This document shows, in pieces, positions 24,636-38,484 of a stretch of 64,000 nt of DNA. Where the stretch lies: positions 107,880,001-107,944,000 of the forward strand of contig NC_043000.1 in the NCBI RefSeq assembly GCF_006345805.1, given 5' to 3'. Each line of letters starts with the position of its first letter. Position 1 is the stretch's first letter. Under the pieces are notes generated by a model. That model was not told the origin of the DNA. It made no database searches and saw nothing but the letters and a program-made list of their open reading frames with translations. This DNA is from Octopus sinensis. Its lineage: Eukaryota. A program made the position numbers and the translations under genes.

Positions 24636-27154
24636 GATGGTAGCTGTATGGATATGTGTGTGTGTGTATTTGAATGTGTGTACATTGTAAGCATACATGA
24701 GTTATTTTCATTTGATTTGATATACATTACAGGACAAAATTGTATTGAGCGAATATCTGATCTTTTAAGGGGAGGGGCACTACAAATGGTAAAATTCGAA
24801 GCACCCAAACAACTATATATCAGCCTTATGTGTATTAACCATTCCTTTTCGATCGCTTCTTTAATATTGCGCTGAAGACCACTTATGCAGAATAGAAAGC
24901 AACAAGAAATCAATCTATTGTACCATATCTTCAATCATTCTATGAGGTCAAAGGTGATCTATACAACTTACTGTGGGACATTTCTATCTCGTTACTACTT
25001 CCAATAATTAGAAAGTTCTGCCTGTCACACGCCAATTAAAGAAAAATAAAATATATCAGAGTGATTATTTGTATTGCCCTCAGTGTTAATACATTGTTGA
25101 ACTTAAGGAGTGTTATTTTAACATGCTTTGAGGTATTTCAATGCCACAATTTCATTCGAGAACTATAGTGATGCACAAATAATTGTCGTAATTTTATCTT
25201 GAAAATATCTAAATTACATAATAGATCACTTTTGTAACTGGTACTTCGGATCATAGCAAATTTAAGGGATTTTAATCATTCCTGTATTAGTTGAAAACGC
25301 ATAAAGAATTCTAGTATCCCAGTTTGTTGCAGGCTGGATTGATTTCGATCCACTGTATTAATAATATTACTTTCCACGTTGGGAGAGGTGTTATAGCCTC
25401 AATCATATTTTGAACTCAGAACACTAGGTAGAAGAAACTACTCACAAATTAGTCTTTTGTCTTGCACTCAAATGCTTCTTCTAAATTAACATCCTTAAAA
25501 CACTCCTTAAATTTAAATAGAAACTATCTTGCTTGGTTCAATCGATTTTATTATAAATGGAACATTAACGGATGAAGTGTTTAATAAAGAAACATGAAGA
25601 ATAAATCAATACTTACTGACAGCACATCTTCTAAATTGGGATTTCCAGTTACTTTTCAGACATTGCATAATAATGCCACATTGGTAAGTATGTTTATTTC
25701 ATATCCATTGAAAGTAGCACAAATATGCATGCCTATGCACTTACTTAGAGTGCCTTAACTTTATAGAGTTTCTTGTAATGGAACTGGAATAAAATTATGA
25801 GAGAGTGGTTCACATAAAGCATGAGTAATTATTTCATGAACTAAATTACTAGTAAGAGTCTTGTTTTTACTTCATTTACGTCGTTAATATCCTCGGGAAA
25901 AGACATGCTCACTCCCAACTCTATGTTTCTAGCTTTTAAAGAAAATTCTCAAAATATGTGTCTGCCTCTGCACGAAATAAAAAAAAAGAACTTTGTTGAA
26001 TGAATGACGAATCTTTTACGAAGTAGCTTGAGTTACTTCATATGGCATTCGACTACCCACCTCAGCGAATGTTCTACATTCCACGAAATGGCATCCACAC
26101 AAACATAAACCCATTTTCTCCAACAAACATGTGATGAAACAGCTAAAAGCGTTACTAACCTTATTCTTTTGTTGAAAAACGTTTGCATTTTCTTCATTTT
26201 TTTGTTGTTGCATGCATCCAATTCAAAATTTTGTTTACTTATATTCAACACAAACAAAACTGATAAACATTATTTCAATCGTGCATTATCTTCTTATACG
26301 AAAATAAGGTATTTATAACTGATTCATATAAGAATTTTCCGGAAGATATATAGAAACGAAAATATTAATATAATTCATTTGAACTTTCTTCTGCATGGTA
26401 GACATTCTCTACCATAAAAGCCACTTTTCATATACATTGCTTCAAGCTGTTTTTGATGGTGGTAGCTTGAGGAGATCAGGTGTTTTCTGCAAGATGTTAT
26501 ACAAATTTTACCTGCGCTACTACATGATCTTGTGTCAATGAAATGCATTCATTTTTCAGCATAACTTTCGTTTTATTATTATCATTACTACGATATTATT
26601 CTTATTTTGTTCATGCAACATTGGGTATAAATAGAATCAATACAATTGCTTCATTTTTCGCTGAACAGAGGTAAACGTGAAAGGGTTATCAGCCTTATTG
26701 ATTTTGGGGCAAAGGAGAAGTTGATTATGTCGATACTGTTCACGAGTGGTTTCCATTTTATCGACTCTTGGAAAATGGAAGACAAAATCAATCTCGGTAT
26801 CATTTGTAGACAGAAGGACAATGAACTTTAGTAAGCACCACAAGTCGTTTTAAGAGGCACCTTAACGTTTTTACCTTTGTACCACCCATCTTATTTCCTA
26901 TGTTACGCATGTGTTAATTGAATTCATATTAATCAAACCATTCTTCCATTACAATAAATATTTAACAATTTCTAATTTATATACAGGTTAGCAATGAGTT
27001 GGTCGATACTCTTGCACCTAGTTCATTTGAGAGATGCTTTATTTCATTGAGCCCCAGAAAGATGAAAAGTAATGCTGACCTCAGAGAGAATTTAACTAAA
27101 GAGCTGGAACAAATAATTCATGGCTTCATAATTTATATTTAATGGTTTTTCTTT

Positions 27155-27310
27155 GGGCACAAGACCAGAATTTTTAGGGGATATGATTAATCGATACCAT
27201 CGAGCCTAAGAATTAAGTGGTACTTCATTTTATTGACCACGAAAAGACGAAAGTCAAAATTTCAATCCAGAATGTAAAGACCCGGGCGAAACACCGCAGA
27301 ACATTTTTCG
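27155..27310 (-). mobile_element. decayed SINE family B
   Basis: ttgggcacaagacc...ctgaatgtaaagac-like remnant. Confidence 0.55.
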
Positions 27311-27339
27311 AGACACACCGTCTTTCATTTATAGTTAAT

Positions 27340-27510
27340 CCCTTCTAATATAGGCACAACCTCTGAAATTATTTGTGAGTGAACTAGTCGATTTCAGCGA
27401 CCTCAGTGCTCGACTGGTACTCAATTCATCGCAGAACGTAAAGACGGACGGACTTCCGTTAAGTATTTTGTCCAGCGTGTTAACAATTCTGCCATCTTGC
27501 CGCCTTTTTA
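27340..27510 (-). mobile_element. SINE family B with 14-bp TSD
   Basis: catttatagttaat at 27326-27339 and 27511-27524. Confidence 0.8.
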
Positions 27511-27611
27511 CATTTATAGTTAATGAAAGCCAATTCGTTTGCCGTACATTTATAGTTAATGAAAGCAAGTTCTTTTGCAGATCTTTTATCAAACTATTCA
27601 GTGACATTTAC

Positions 27612-27971
27612 CTGTGTAAACACTGGTAAACCACAGATAATCGCATTTTACACGTCGATTAATCATCTTCGTTCTTGCTGCGCCTTGTCGTGTCAATAAA
27701 CAAATCTATTATCCAAACCGCTTCCATAATCGAAACAACGGAATGAAATTTAGAAGGCAATTTATCCTCGGACGAAGTTGGAACACCAAATAAAACACGC
27801 TCTTTCTATTCCCTGTTATTCGAAAGAGATCTCACTTGACTTTACATCATTTACTTGTCCGTGTAGCAGGTACCATCAGAGAGAAAATAACTGTGCTGAT
27901 AAACGAGGCAAAATAAGTATGGTCGATCAAACTCCCAACAGCTTAACCTTTCGTACATCGTACAATTCCAT
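27612..27971 (-). other. candidate spliced exon (UTR or non-coding)
   Basis: Acceptor ttgtttttcttttctgtttttag|ATGG and donor ACAG|gtaaat in repeat-free sequence; all frames contain stops. Confidence 0.3.
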
Positions 27972-28759
27972 CTAAAAACAGAAAAGAAAAACAATGGTGA
28001 TACTCGACTATTTAATATTATATACTACCTGGATTATCATATACTACCTGGAGTTACTTGGAATTATACAAAACGATAAAAATCACAATAAACACTAGCA
28101 GTAAATCCATGGAGTTTATTATACAAAAATGACAAGATTGAATCTTCCCAGATGAAAATAGTTTAAAAAATAGTGTTGTAATAAATATATTGAAGTATGG
28201 TATATATTTATAAAATTAATTGGCGACTTTGAGAATATAAAAATCTATTTTATGTTTTATTTGGATTCTAGATGTATAAATATAATATTGAACTATTCGT
28301 GGAATATGAGTTCCAGTAAAATAAATCTATTTTGTGAAAAACGGTCGATAAAATGAAATATCTTCTCTGATTCCAGACAATTGGAAAATATGGAAAAATG
28401 TTTATCGATTGCTTTTACTAATAGGATAAAGCAGACGATAATTGTAATGTAAAAATCTACTAAATATTACAGTAAAAATAAAATGAAATTATGTTATACT
28501 CGCGCGCACACAAATGTATGTATGTATGTATGTATGTATGTATGTATGTATGTATGTATGTATGTATGTATGTATGTATGAATGTATGTATGTATGTATG
28601 TATGTATGTGTATATATATATATATATAATATATATGTATACATGTACATATACATATATATAGAATATAGAATATATATGCTTATATATATATATACAT
28701 ACACACACACACATACATTTACATACATACATATATATATATATACATACATATATATA

Positions 28760-30170
28760 TTAGTGCGAACATGCTATCTTTAGGAGAGCGTATTGTGCAT
28801 TGTATTATATATTTGTGTAATATTTATATACATAAGTATACATTAGAGTGCAGTAATTAAAATTGGAGCAGAAAAGTATTCGCATCTGATATAGAGTAAC
28901 TGAAATATTTACAAACTCCATAGTCCGACTGTATTCACGGTGATCATGTGCTAAAACCACTTTCATTGCAACCTCTTTGTAACTATACCAAACTACACCA
29001 TTAATAGTCCCCATATCTTCAAATGATATAGTTCCTGGAATAAGATATAGTAATGCTTTCAGATAGAATTGCTCTTGTTCCTTTGGTGAAACAAAGTTGG
29101 TACGCCCAATTGAGTGTGTATTATTTTTTCTGAAATGCCATATTTTTTCACTATTATTCCATGTGTAAAATTCGGGGAAATCAGTATAGTGTAATGTATA
29201 TGCAAACAAGCTAGCTGGTGATTCCCGGTTAGATCGCATCCATTCAGTGAGAGTGGACCTGTAACGTGTGTGGATAACATGTTCAATATCATCATAGTCA
29301 TTAAAGTAAATGTATTTCTGTTGAGGTAAATAAACTGTAAGTTGTGGGACTGCAGGATATGGACCATGTAATTTGAACCCTAAATTCCCCCAGACTAACT
29401 CTGATGAGGACACATAGCAGCCATTGATATAATTTTCAATTTCATGTTTGTGCGTTTGTCGTGCATTGGTTTGTCCACAAATATTGATTTTACATATCCA
29501 CATATCTCTACATTACAATGACCTCCATATTTGATTAAAAAGGAGGAGGGATATGGCAATACTGAACGATTATCTAATTCAACATTAGACTTTGTAAATG
29601 TAAAACCATTATTTCGACGTCGGTAAAGTGGATAGCCATTATAACTCTGTAACGTATTTTCTTTAAAGTCTTTAGGGAAATGTTTTTTACATTTCCCATC
29701 AACCATGCACGTTACATCGGGTTTATCTCTTCCACATAGACCATGTAGCATGTTTTTGGTGGCATGTTGAAACAGAATTGACTGCATTGGTGGATTTGGA
29801 AGTTCTGCATAAACAAATTTATCATAATATTCTGGATTCGTTTTTAATATGAGCAACATATGACACTGGGGGTAGTCCACGCTTTTGAAACTGTATAGTC
29901 CACATATACCTTGAAACGTCTCCCAAAACATTATTCTCCAAAGTATCATACAAGAGATTCCTAAATTTCATGTTAAATAATCTGTAAGTTAAATTTGGTC
30001 TGCCAGCTGGTGTCTGTCCTGGATAAAGTTCACCTGTGATACCGGTCGAGCAACAAAAGATCTGACACAGGTGGCACGATCTGAGATCGTGTGCTGAAAC
30101 AAAAACAATTGCAGCGTGGAAGATGATTGTAAGCCATTGAAGAACACACACACACAAAAAAAACCCAGAA
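28760..30170 (-). mobile_element. Helitron deletion derivative
   Basis: Rep remnant followed by an imperfect hairpin gctctcctaaagatagc and CTAA|T (CTRR) at 28760. Confidence 0.8.
28840..30140 (-). pseudogene. Helitron Rep (HUH) domain, frameshifted
   Basis: ELYPGQTPAGRPNL..RLF..K; IQFQKRGLP; AELPNP; NMLHGLCG; CKKHFPKDF; GYPLYRRR; DNRSVLPY; HCNVEIC; HEIENY..G.YVS.SE..W; LHYTDFPE.YTW; IGR..FVSP..E.FYL..LL..PG..SFED. Confidence 0.92.
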
Positions 30171-31039
30171 ACACAGACATGAACTCACGCAAATAAATAG
30201 ATATATATGTGTGTATAGAATTACACGCTTACCCCTTTTTTAATATGAAGAAGGTTCTTGTATGTATTCATTGTGGATGTCAATAAACTAAATGTGATGA
30301 CGTTGATGATTATAATGATGATGATGAGCATCATCATCATCACGATCACCATATGTCATAGACGGTGTCCTTTTTCTTTTCTTCTGAATGTTGTTTATAT
30401 ATCATTTTGCCGTTGATGTTGTTAATGCAAAAATTCCTGATATTATTGGGGCCAGAATTCCCAATCCATAAACCATTCTACTTTCCTAAGCCTTTCTCTG
30501 GTGAAGGGACTTCATTACCATCATAATAAAAGTTTCTTCTATCGGAACCACTGCAGGTATGCCGAAAAGATGCTGGAATGTGTTTCTATGGCCACAACAA
30601 AAGCAAATAACAAATGCGAAAAATGTCCTCTCTTAAATGGAAATGCTATATTACAAATAATGATGTCTCCTCTACCTGTTTCTTGTTGTGTTCCTCTTTC
30701 GTGTTATATAAGCAATTATTCATGAAACGATTCTAATTTATGCAATAGAAAATCCACTTTTATGATAAGTCACACAGGACTTCGTGACACATATTTCCGA
30801 GATGAATCGAACAACAGCGACAACAGCAACAAGAGCGCAAGTCAACATTGAAACAACAACTACAACGTCAGCAACTGAACAGTACAACAACAAGAACAAG
30901 AACAAGAACAAAAATCCGAACAACAGCAATATCAACAAAAACAATGAACAGTAAATTTTTACTATGTTTAGAGAAAGCATTGGGTTTCCGTTGATATATT
31001 GGGAGGTATTGACAAATATAGTGATATGATTGCAATGAG

Positions 31040-31560
31040 TGAATTGAACGGGGGACGGGGAACGTGTCGAGGAATTAGAGATGACAATGTAACAGGATTA
31101 CTGGAGAAGGGATTTGGGGAGATGTGGGAGATATAAATATTTCGGTATGCTGTAGAGTGACATTTTGAAAGGGAAGGGAAAGGAAAAAGAATCCAAAGTT
31201 ACTGAAAAGGTGAGGCTGGTCTTTCACATGAAGCTAAACAGAGAATATATTATTAAGGAGAGGAATGCATGCGTATTCGTAGTGTTTAGGAATTATCTAA
31301 TGTTTATTCGCTGACCAAAATATAAGCTTGTTAGAATAGAAAGGTATTAACAGATGTTCTGTGGGTTATATCAAGGAAACCGTGTTCATAGATGTGTACA
31401 TATCAGAAAATAAAAGGGCTTGGAAATATAATAGATACAGTATACTTAGCAGGGATATATGTGAGATGAAGTTAGGAAAAGCAGATAAGCGCAGAAAATA
31501 AAATTGATGTAGAAAATATAGCAACCAATGAGATAGAGTATATAGTAAACAGATCAATAT
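31040..31560 (-). pseudogene. possible ancient PLE RT thumb remnant
   Basis: GFLDIT, LRIRM.S and TAYRN echoes in broken frames. Confidence 0.3.
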
Positions 31561-32402
31561 AATTACTAGAGATATACATGAGAAGAAGTGGAGATAAACT
31601 TATATCATTTGTCTACACGATCAGTACTGGGATTACATTAAACAGCAAAAGCAACGACTTCTCGATTTCAGTCATATTGATATGAGTCATCAAATGGTTG
31701 GCAAATATATTCACTATTTACTTTTTGGTCCCTAGTGCAAAGACAGTCATCTATATTTTTCAAATATAATGTAAGTATAGTTTTCGAAATCTAACTTATT
31801 AATAAACAAGTATCTTCACTTATTTGTCTCCTCATGCTCACGGATAAATGATATTTTCCGACATTATTTGGTCTGTGAGATATCAGTGATGGATTATAAC
31901 TAGGTTTGTTTCCTTCACACTTGCTCTTTTAATATCCATATTTACAGAATACATATGTTCCGTTTCAAGTAGCCCCATTTCTGCAGTGACAGTTAAATAT
32001 CTTCCCATCTATATATAGACAAGCGCTACAAACATAAGTACCAGTGTATACTGGCAACATATATCTGTTAGGATAGCACAGAAAAGACAACTCCAATAAT
32101 GATACTTAGTAAAAAAAGACCTGTATTTTAGAATTACAATACCATAAGTTTGAATAGACTATGGAATACTGACCTTCAAGTCGTATTATCTTCATAGTTA
32201 AAGCATGTTTTGAATATGTTCAGCAAATTGAGTAGGAATGTGTCAGAAAATCATCGTTTTGATGAAATATTATTAGAAATTGTAGCAGGTAACTAACAAA
32301 AGTGGAAATAATCTTGGTTCATTTTAACGAATGATGACCTGTTTCTATGTTCGTGGAATATCAAAATCATCAAGATGTTTCATATAGTTATGTATGACAA
32401 TA

Positions 32403-32560
32403 TGTGTGGTGTGGTAACAAGCTTGCTTCCAAACCACATGTTTCTGGGTTCAAGCCCACTGCGTGGATTCTCGGGCAAGTGTCTTCTACTACAGCCTCGG
32501 GCTGAACGTGAGTGGATTTCGTAGACGGAAACTGAAAGAAGCTCGTCGTATATATATACG
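32403..32560 (+). mobile_element. SINE family A 5' half
   Basis: Head through gaaagaagctcgtcg, ending at its internal (TA)n. Confidence 0.8.
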
Positions 32561-32570
32561 TGTATATATA

Positions 32571-32767
32571 CTCTTTTACTTGTTTCAGTCAGTTGACTGC
32601 AGCCATGCTGGAGCACCGCCTTTAGTCGAGCAAATCGACCCCGGGACTTATTCTTTGTAAGCCCAGTACTTATTCTATCGGTCTCTTTTGCCGAACCGCT
32701 AAGTAACGGGGACGTAAACACACCAGTATCGGTTGTCAAGCAATGCCAGGGGGACAAACACAGAACA

Positions 32768-32817
<50 letters not shown>

Positions 32818-32985
32818 CATATATACGACAGACTTCTTTCAGTTTCCATCTACCAAATCCACTCACAAGGCATTGGTCGGCCCGGGGCTATAGCAGAAGA
32901 CATTTGCCCAAGATGCCACGCAGTGGGACTGAACCCGGAACCATGTGGTTGGTAAGCAAGCTACTTACCACACAGCCACTCCTGT
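32571..32985 (-). mobile_element. SINE family A, full length, inserted at the microsatellite of the preceding copy
   Basis: Complete reverse-complement copy. Confidence 0.9.
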
Positions 32986-32986
32986 G

Positions 32987-33054
<68 letters not shown>

Positions 33055-33058
<4 letters not shown>

Positions 33059-33270
33059 TGGGTACTGAGAAACAGCACCTACATACTAGAGATAGACGTC
33101 AAATGGATCTAAAAAGAACTTCAAAATACACTCAAATACCACAAAGTTGATAACGGGAAAATGAATAAAAGAGATTTAGTAAAAAAAAAATTTGAGGTTA
33201 ATTCTAGAGAGTACGATTTCTGGTTTCGTAATATAATTACTTTACCTTCATCAGTAGAATATACCGAAAT
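33055..33270 (-). mobile_element. hammerhead mini-element (decayed) in (TA)n
   Basis: CUGAUGA...GAAA...UC with a 6-bp stem I (auucua/uagaau) at 33201-33260. Confidence 0.55.
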
Positions 33271-33529
33271 TATATAAATGTAAATATATATACATATCCA
33301 TACGAATACATGCATATATGTACTGATATTCACAAGTATATACGAAGCAAATCCGATTATTCATTTCAAGCACATGCTTGCTTGCTTAAGATACTACAGC
33401 AGTAGATATCAGGATCAGAGTGAATAAATAAATATATGCATACGTAATTAAAGATAAAATCAATTAATGATCTTATCAGAGGCTAGCACTTAAAAAAACT
33501 GAATGGGTAACAAACAATGTATATATATA

Positions 33530-33722
33530 TATGAGAATTTACAAAACAAAACCCAACAAAAGACGAAGACGGGTGTGTAAACAACAAAAAGATGTATTTA
33601 ACGCTCGGAAAGTGAGAAAGTCTTTTAAGTTTTGAGCCTATGCTCTTCGACAGAAAGGAACACAGAAATAAACAGGGAGAGAAAATAAAAAAAAAGGTTT
33701 TGTGGCTAGAGATCTATCATGG
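33530..33722 (-). mobile_element. ~190-bp mini-element with broken hammerhead-like motif
   Basis: cuuu-CUGUCGA-A-GAGC(AUAG)GCUC-AAAA-CUUA-aaag; downstream ttccgagcgt as in 48140-48340. Confidence 0.6.
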
Positions 33723-33943
33723 CATAATTATATAGATATAATATATTGGATTTTAAAGTCATTTGACATCTATCTCTAGCATGCAGCTGGTTTCTCACTA
33801 TCCTTAATTATATCTATATAACTATTTACATATTAATTTTTACCTATATGGCTTTTTTACATGCTGACCACTGTTGATTTTATCCTTAATTATGTAAGCA
33901 TATATGTTGTATGTATGTACGTATATATATATATAATATATAT

Positions 33944-33989
<46 letters not shown>

Positions 33990-34749
33990 CGTACATACAT
34001 ACATTTTGACAATTTCAAAAACTAATTCACAAAAAGACCATAATTATCTTGGATTTATATGAGAAACAAATATTCCAGGTACAAGCTTTTGAGTTATTCT
34101 TCGTATTTATGGGCTTCTTTCAATAATAAATTAATTTAAATGGCACAAGAAATAATTCTATAGACAAATATTCTGGTTTTTCTTAACTCGCAATAAATAC
34201 GCATTAACTTGGGGATCAAGATCGTTATGGGACATGATTCGAGAGAGTAAGCAGTCAGAACATTGGTTTAACTGCTGCTGCACGCAACGAATATCTTCAT
34301 TAAATTGCGTGCATTTCATTTATGAAAAGTTGTAAGCAATGGAAACAATATCAGAACGCGTTTTCCGTTTCAATATTACTTTGCTCCTGGATCAAAAGAC
34401 TGATATGTCAGAAACTGCAGCGTACTAGTCAATAAATATTATTTATTAAAAACATTAATATGTTGGGAAATGGATACGGAGAAAACTGCAAAGCTATACG
34501 AAATAACGAAGACAACAAAGCCGAGACACTTAATATAATATATCATTCCATATTTTATAGTGTTTAATTTGACATGTATAAGATTTTATAACTCATTTAC
34601 AAAAGGTTATACAATTCTAGACATCGAAATGCATACACCCTATTTATAAATTACGGTCGATGCTTTTCCCAGGTTACTCATACAATGTGCACGCGCACAC
34701 AGCTCACACGTTCGCATACTACACACGCATACACAAACATAATATTGAA

Positions 34750-34823
<74 letters not shown>

Positions 34824-34827
34824 ACGC

Positions 34828-34995
34828 ATGAGTGGCTGCTGTATGGTAAGTAGCTTGCTAATCAACCACATGGTTACGGATTCAGTCGCACTGCGCCGCA
34901 AATTTGGCAAGTTTTTTCTACTATAAGGCTCCTGCCGACCAAAGCCTTGTGAGTGGATTTGGTAGACGGAAACTGAAAGAAGCCCGTCGTATATA
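34828..34995 (+). mobile_element. SINE family A 5' half
   Basis: Head and body match family A. Confidence 0.8.
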
Positions 34996-35227
34996 TATTG
35001 ATATTATTAATATATATGTATGTATCTATATACACATACATAAAAAAAATAGAATGAGTACTAGGCTTTAAAAAAGTAAGTCTTGTGGTCCATTTGTTCG
35101 ACTACATCCCTTTGAAGCTGTGCCTCAACATGATCGCTGTTAAATTTTATCGAATTATTTACTGTTAATATAAATATATTTATATATTTATTGTTTTATT
35201 ATATCTTAATTTATTTATTTTTTTTAC

Positions 35228-35311
35228 CTGAAGAGTGGCTATATATTTTTTAATTAAATTGATATTAACTTTTAATATTATCGATTTATATATTTAGTCA
35301 TTAAGCGCGTA
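35228..35311 (+). ncRNA. decayed type-I hammerhead with long stem II
   Basis: CUGAAGA-guggcua...uagucau-(UAAG for GAAA)-CGCG-UA. Confidence 0.4.
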
Positions 35312-35451
35312 ATCAATTTAATGTTTGATTTGTTATGAGATTTTTAGAATGATGATTATAAGATATTTAATTAATTTCTACGTGGTTATTATAGATATCT
35401 TTTCACTATTGATGGAATAACTAGATAGCGGTTCGTCTCTAAATTAATATA

Positions 35452-35552
<101 letters not shown>

Positions 35553-35569
35553 TATATGTATGTATGTGT

Positions 35570-35755
35570 GTCGCTTGAGGACCGATGTTTGTGTTTTTGT
35601 GTCCCTACAACTTAACGGTTCGGCAAAAGTTGACAGATAGAATGAGTACTAGGCTTACAAAAAAATAAGTCCTGGGGTCAATTTGTTCGATTAAAGGCGG
35701 TGCTCTGGCATGGCCGCAGTCAAAATGACTGAAACAAATAAAAGAATGAAAGAGT
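35570..35755 (+). mobile_element. SINE family A 3' half
   Basis: cggttcggcaaaag...aaggcggtgctctggcatggccgcagtc...aagag. Confidence 0.8.
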
Positions 35756-35856
35756 ATATATACACACATACACCTACATGCATATATATGCCCACACACG
35801 AAGCACAACAAAACACACACACACACGCATATATTCATATACATACATACATACAT

Positions 35857-35934
<78 letters not shown>

Positions 35935-35978
35935 CACCAAACAATTATATACGATTATTTGCATATTTTTGTTTGATA

Positions 35979-36421
35979 CGTCCGGGCAGGTTCGAACGCA
36001 ATCTAGTGTATAACTTGTACTTCATAGTAGAACAACTCCGTTTTATGACGACAGAGCGTACGTACCTCACTTTGCGCCTTGGCGCAGGGGATTCTGGGAC
36101 ACGAGTGATTCGACATGTTACGTCCTGTAAATCAGAAATCACCAAGGCTTTGAGCCTAAACAACCCACTAGACGATTAGTTGTCGGTTGGCTGATAAACG
36201 CCCCGATCGGCAAAATGTTTACTGAAAGTATAAAGAAACCAGTAGCGCGTTTAAGTTGGAAGCCGAGTTACAACGTATCGAAACATCGCATCCTAGAAAG
36301 CCATGTACCAAAAAGCCTAGTGTTTTGTGAAAACAATCTTTTGTCGTAAACATGAAAAGTTGTTTGACGCTGACGTACACTATTGCGAGCAGTATATTTT
36401 GCGTTCGAACCTGCCTGGACG
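35979..36421. mobile_element. MITE with TA TSD
   Basis: TA|cgtccgggcaggttcgaacgcaa ... ttgcgttcgaacctgcctggacg|TA. Confidence 0.8.
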
Positions 36422-36582
36422 TATTAAGAATCGATATGAAAATATCCGATTCAGATCTCGCTGCACACAGTGCAAGTAACGATTCTTCCTATATAGATAA
36501 TTGTGTGTAAACATGCAGGCAGTTATACATATATGCACGCACACACATACACATACTGACACCCATACACAGGCACATACAC

Positions 36583-36627
<45 letters not shown>

Positions 36628-36628
<1 letters not shown>

Positions 36629-36971
36629 TAGCAGTATCGCCCTTTAGAATTGGAATTTTTGAAAAGTAAAATTTTGCATTATGTATCTTGTTATTCTCTT
36701 TACGTGAAAATTTTTCTGGTTGAAATACACTGAAAAATGGCGACACAGCAGGCAAAAAATCGTAAAAAATAAGGGATTTTCATAGAATAAAAAACACCAT
36801 TTTGATGTAAATAATTTGAATTTTTTCTTCTACGGAAGGAAGAGCAAGCCTCCTTCTATCATACTCTCAATTTTTGTCAACTTGCGCTGCAGAGTCTCGA
36901 TGGAGATAGTGTTAGTTGAAGGCTACCAAATCTGCCGTACACAGACAACTTCAGCTTTATATAGAGAAAGA
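36628..36971 (-). mobile_element. non-autonomous Helitron
   Basis: A|TC start (tctttctctatataaagctgaagttgtc) and gggcgatactgCTAG|T end. Confidence 0.65.
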
Positions 36972-36974
36972 TGT

Positions 36975-37190
36975 AATGACCGAAACGTTAAGTTACGGGG
37001 ACTTAAACACACCAACGCGTTATCAAGCGGTGGTTGGGGACAAAACGACTGAAAGACACACTCGCACATATATATATATATACACGACAAGTTTCATTCG
37101 GTTCCCGTCTACCAATTCCGCTTAGAAGGCTTTGCTCCGCTCGGGGCTATAGTAGAAGACACTTGCCAATGCAGTAGACAAGTTACCTCG
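36975..37190 (-). mobile_element. partial SINE family A
   Basis: ttacggggacttaaacacacc...ggggctatagtagaagacacttgcc. Confidence 0.75.
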
Positions 37191-37216
37191 GGGCCACACA
37201 TATTTAGATACGTATA

Positions 37217-37703
37217 CTAAGTTTGATCAATAAGTATCCGGACTGTTGCCATAGTCACAAAGCTAAAGCACACAGAATAAAGCTGCTTCCTAAAACACGA
37301 CCTTGAACCCTGTTCTGTATGCGCTCTAAGTTTTAACCTTCTAGCTCACTTCCGCTGTTTCCAGCAGTGCTTGGTAGGAAGGTGTATAGCTTGTAATAGT
37401 CACATTGACCATGACAGAGGAAGTTGTCATGGCACTATCGTCAAGATTTTGGCAAAATTTGATGCAGATTCTCTGCTCAATTTTCTCTGTCATTGTCAAT
37501 GCGACAATCACACGCTACACAGTTTCCTTCCAAGTACTGCTGAAAACAGCTGACGTGAGCTACAGCGTTAAATCTTAGTGCATGTGCAAAGCAGAGTTTA
37601 ATGTCAATCTGTGTAAAGCGGCTTCACTCTGCCACTCTGCCACTCTGCAAGCTTTAGCTTCGTTACTATGGCAACATCCCGGATACTTATTGATCATACC
37701 GCG
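37217..37703 (-). mobile_element. mariner deletion derivative
   Basis: ~50-bp TIRs (tgatcaataagtatccgg..gttgccatagt..aagctaaagc), TA flanks, transposase start MTEKIEQRICIKFCQNL from 37493. Confidence 0.85.
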
Positions 37704-37786
<83 letters not shown>

Positions 37787-37809
37787 ATATATATATATAA
37801 TATATATTA

Positions 37810-37848
<39 letters not shown>

Positions 37849-37927
37849 CATACATATATATATATTGCACAAATATATGTATATATACACACATAAAATA
37901 TACGATATAATCATAGCATCATATGTT

Positions 37928-38335
37928 TTATCTTTTACTCGTTTCGGTCATTAGACTGCAACCATTCTGGGGCACCGCCTTGAGGAATGTTTAGTCGAAT
38001 GAATCGAACTCAATATTAATTATTTTTCTTCGTAAAAGCTAGTACTTATTCTATCCATCCCTTTTGCCGAGCCGTTAATTTACACGGACAAAAACACACG
38101 AAAACTAATTGTCAAGGGTTGATGGGAGACAAATACAGACACACACACACACAGAGAAACATAAAGATATATATATATACGACGAGCTTCTTTCAGTTTC
38201 CGTGTAACAAATCCTCTCAGAAGGCTTATTTGGCCGAGGCTATAGTAGAAGTCAAATGTCCAAGATGTGACTAAAAGTGGGACTAAACCTGGAACCATGT
38301 GGTTGGGGAACAACCTCCTCACCACACATTCACGC
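37928..38335 (-). mobile_element. SINE family A, diverged full length
   Basis: Both halves plus internal microsatellite. Confidence 0.8.
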
Positions 38336-38484
38336 CTGTACCTGTGCATAAATAATGTTATATATACATATACGTGTGTGTGTGTGTGTGTGTGTGTGCG
38401 TGTGTGTGTGTGGTGTGTGTGTATGCGTGTGTGTGTGCGTGAGCACGCGCGCATGTGTGTGTGAAACATAATTTATTATTAATT

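Noticed and set aside
26637-26843. 68-aa ORF as a terminal coding exon
   Set aside because: A plausible acceptor exists, but no frame gives a recognisable protein.
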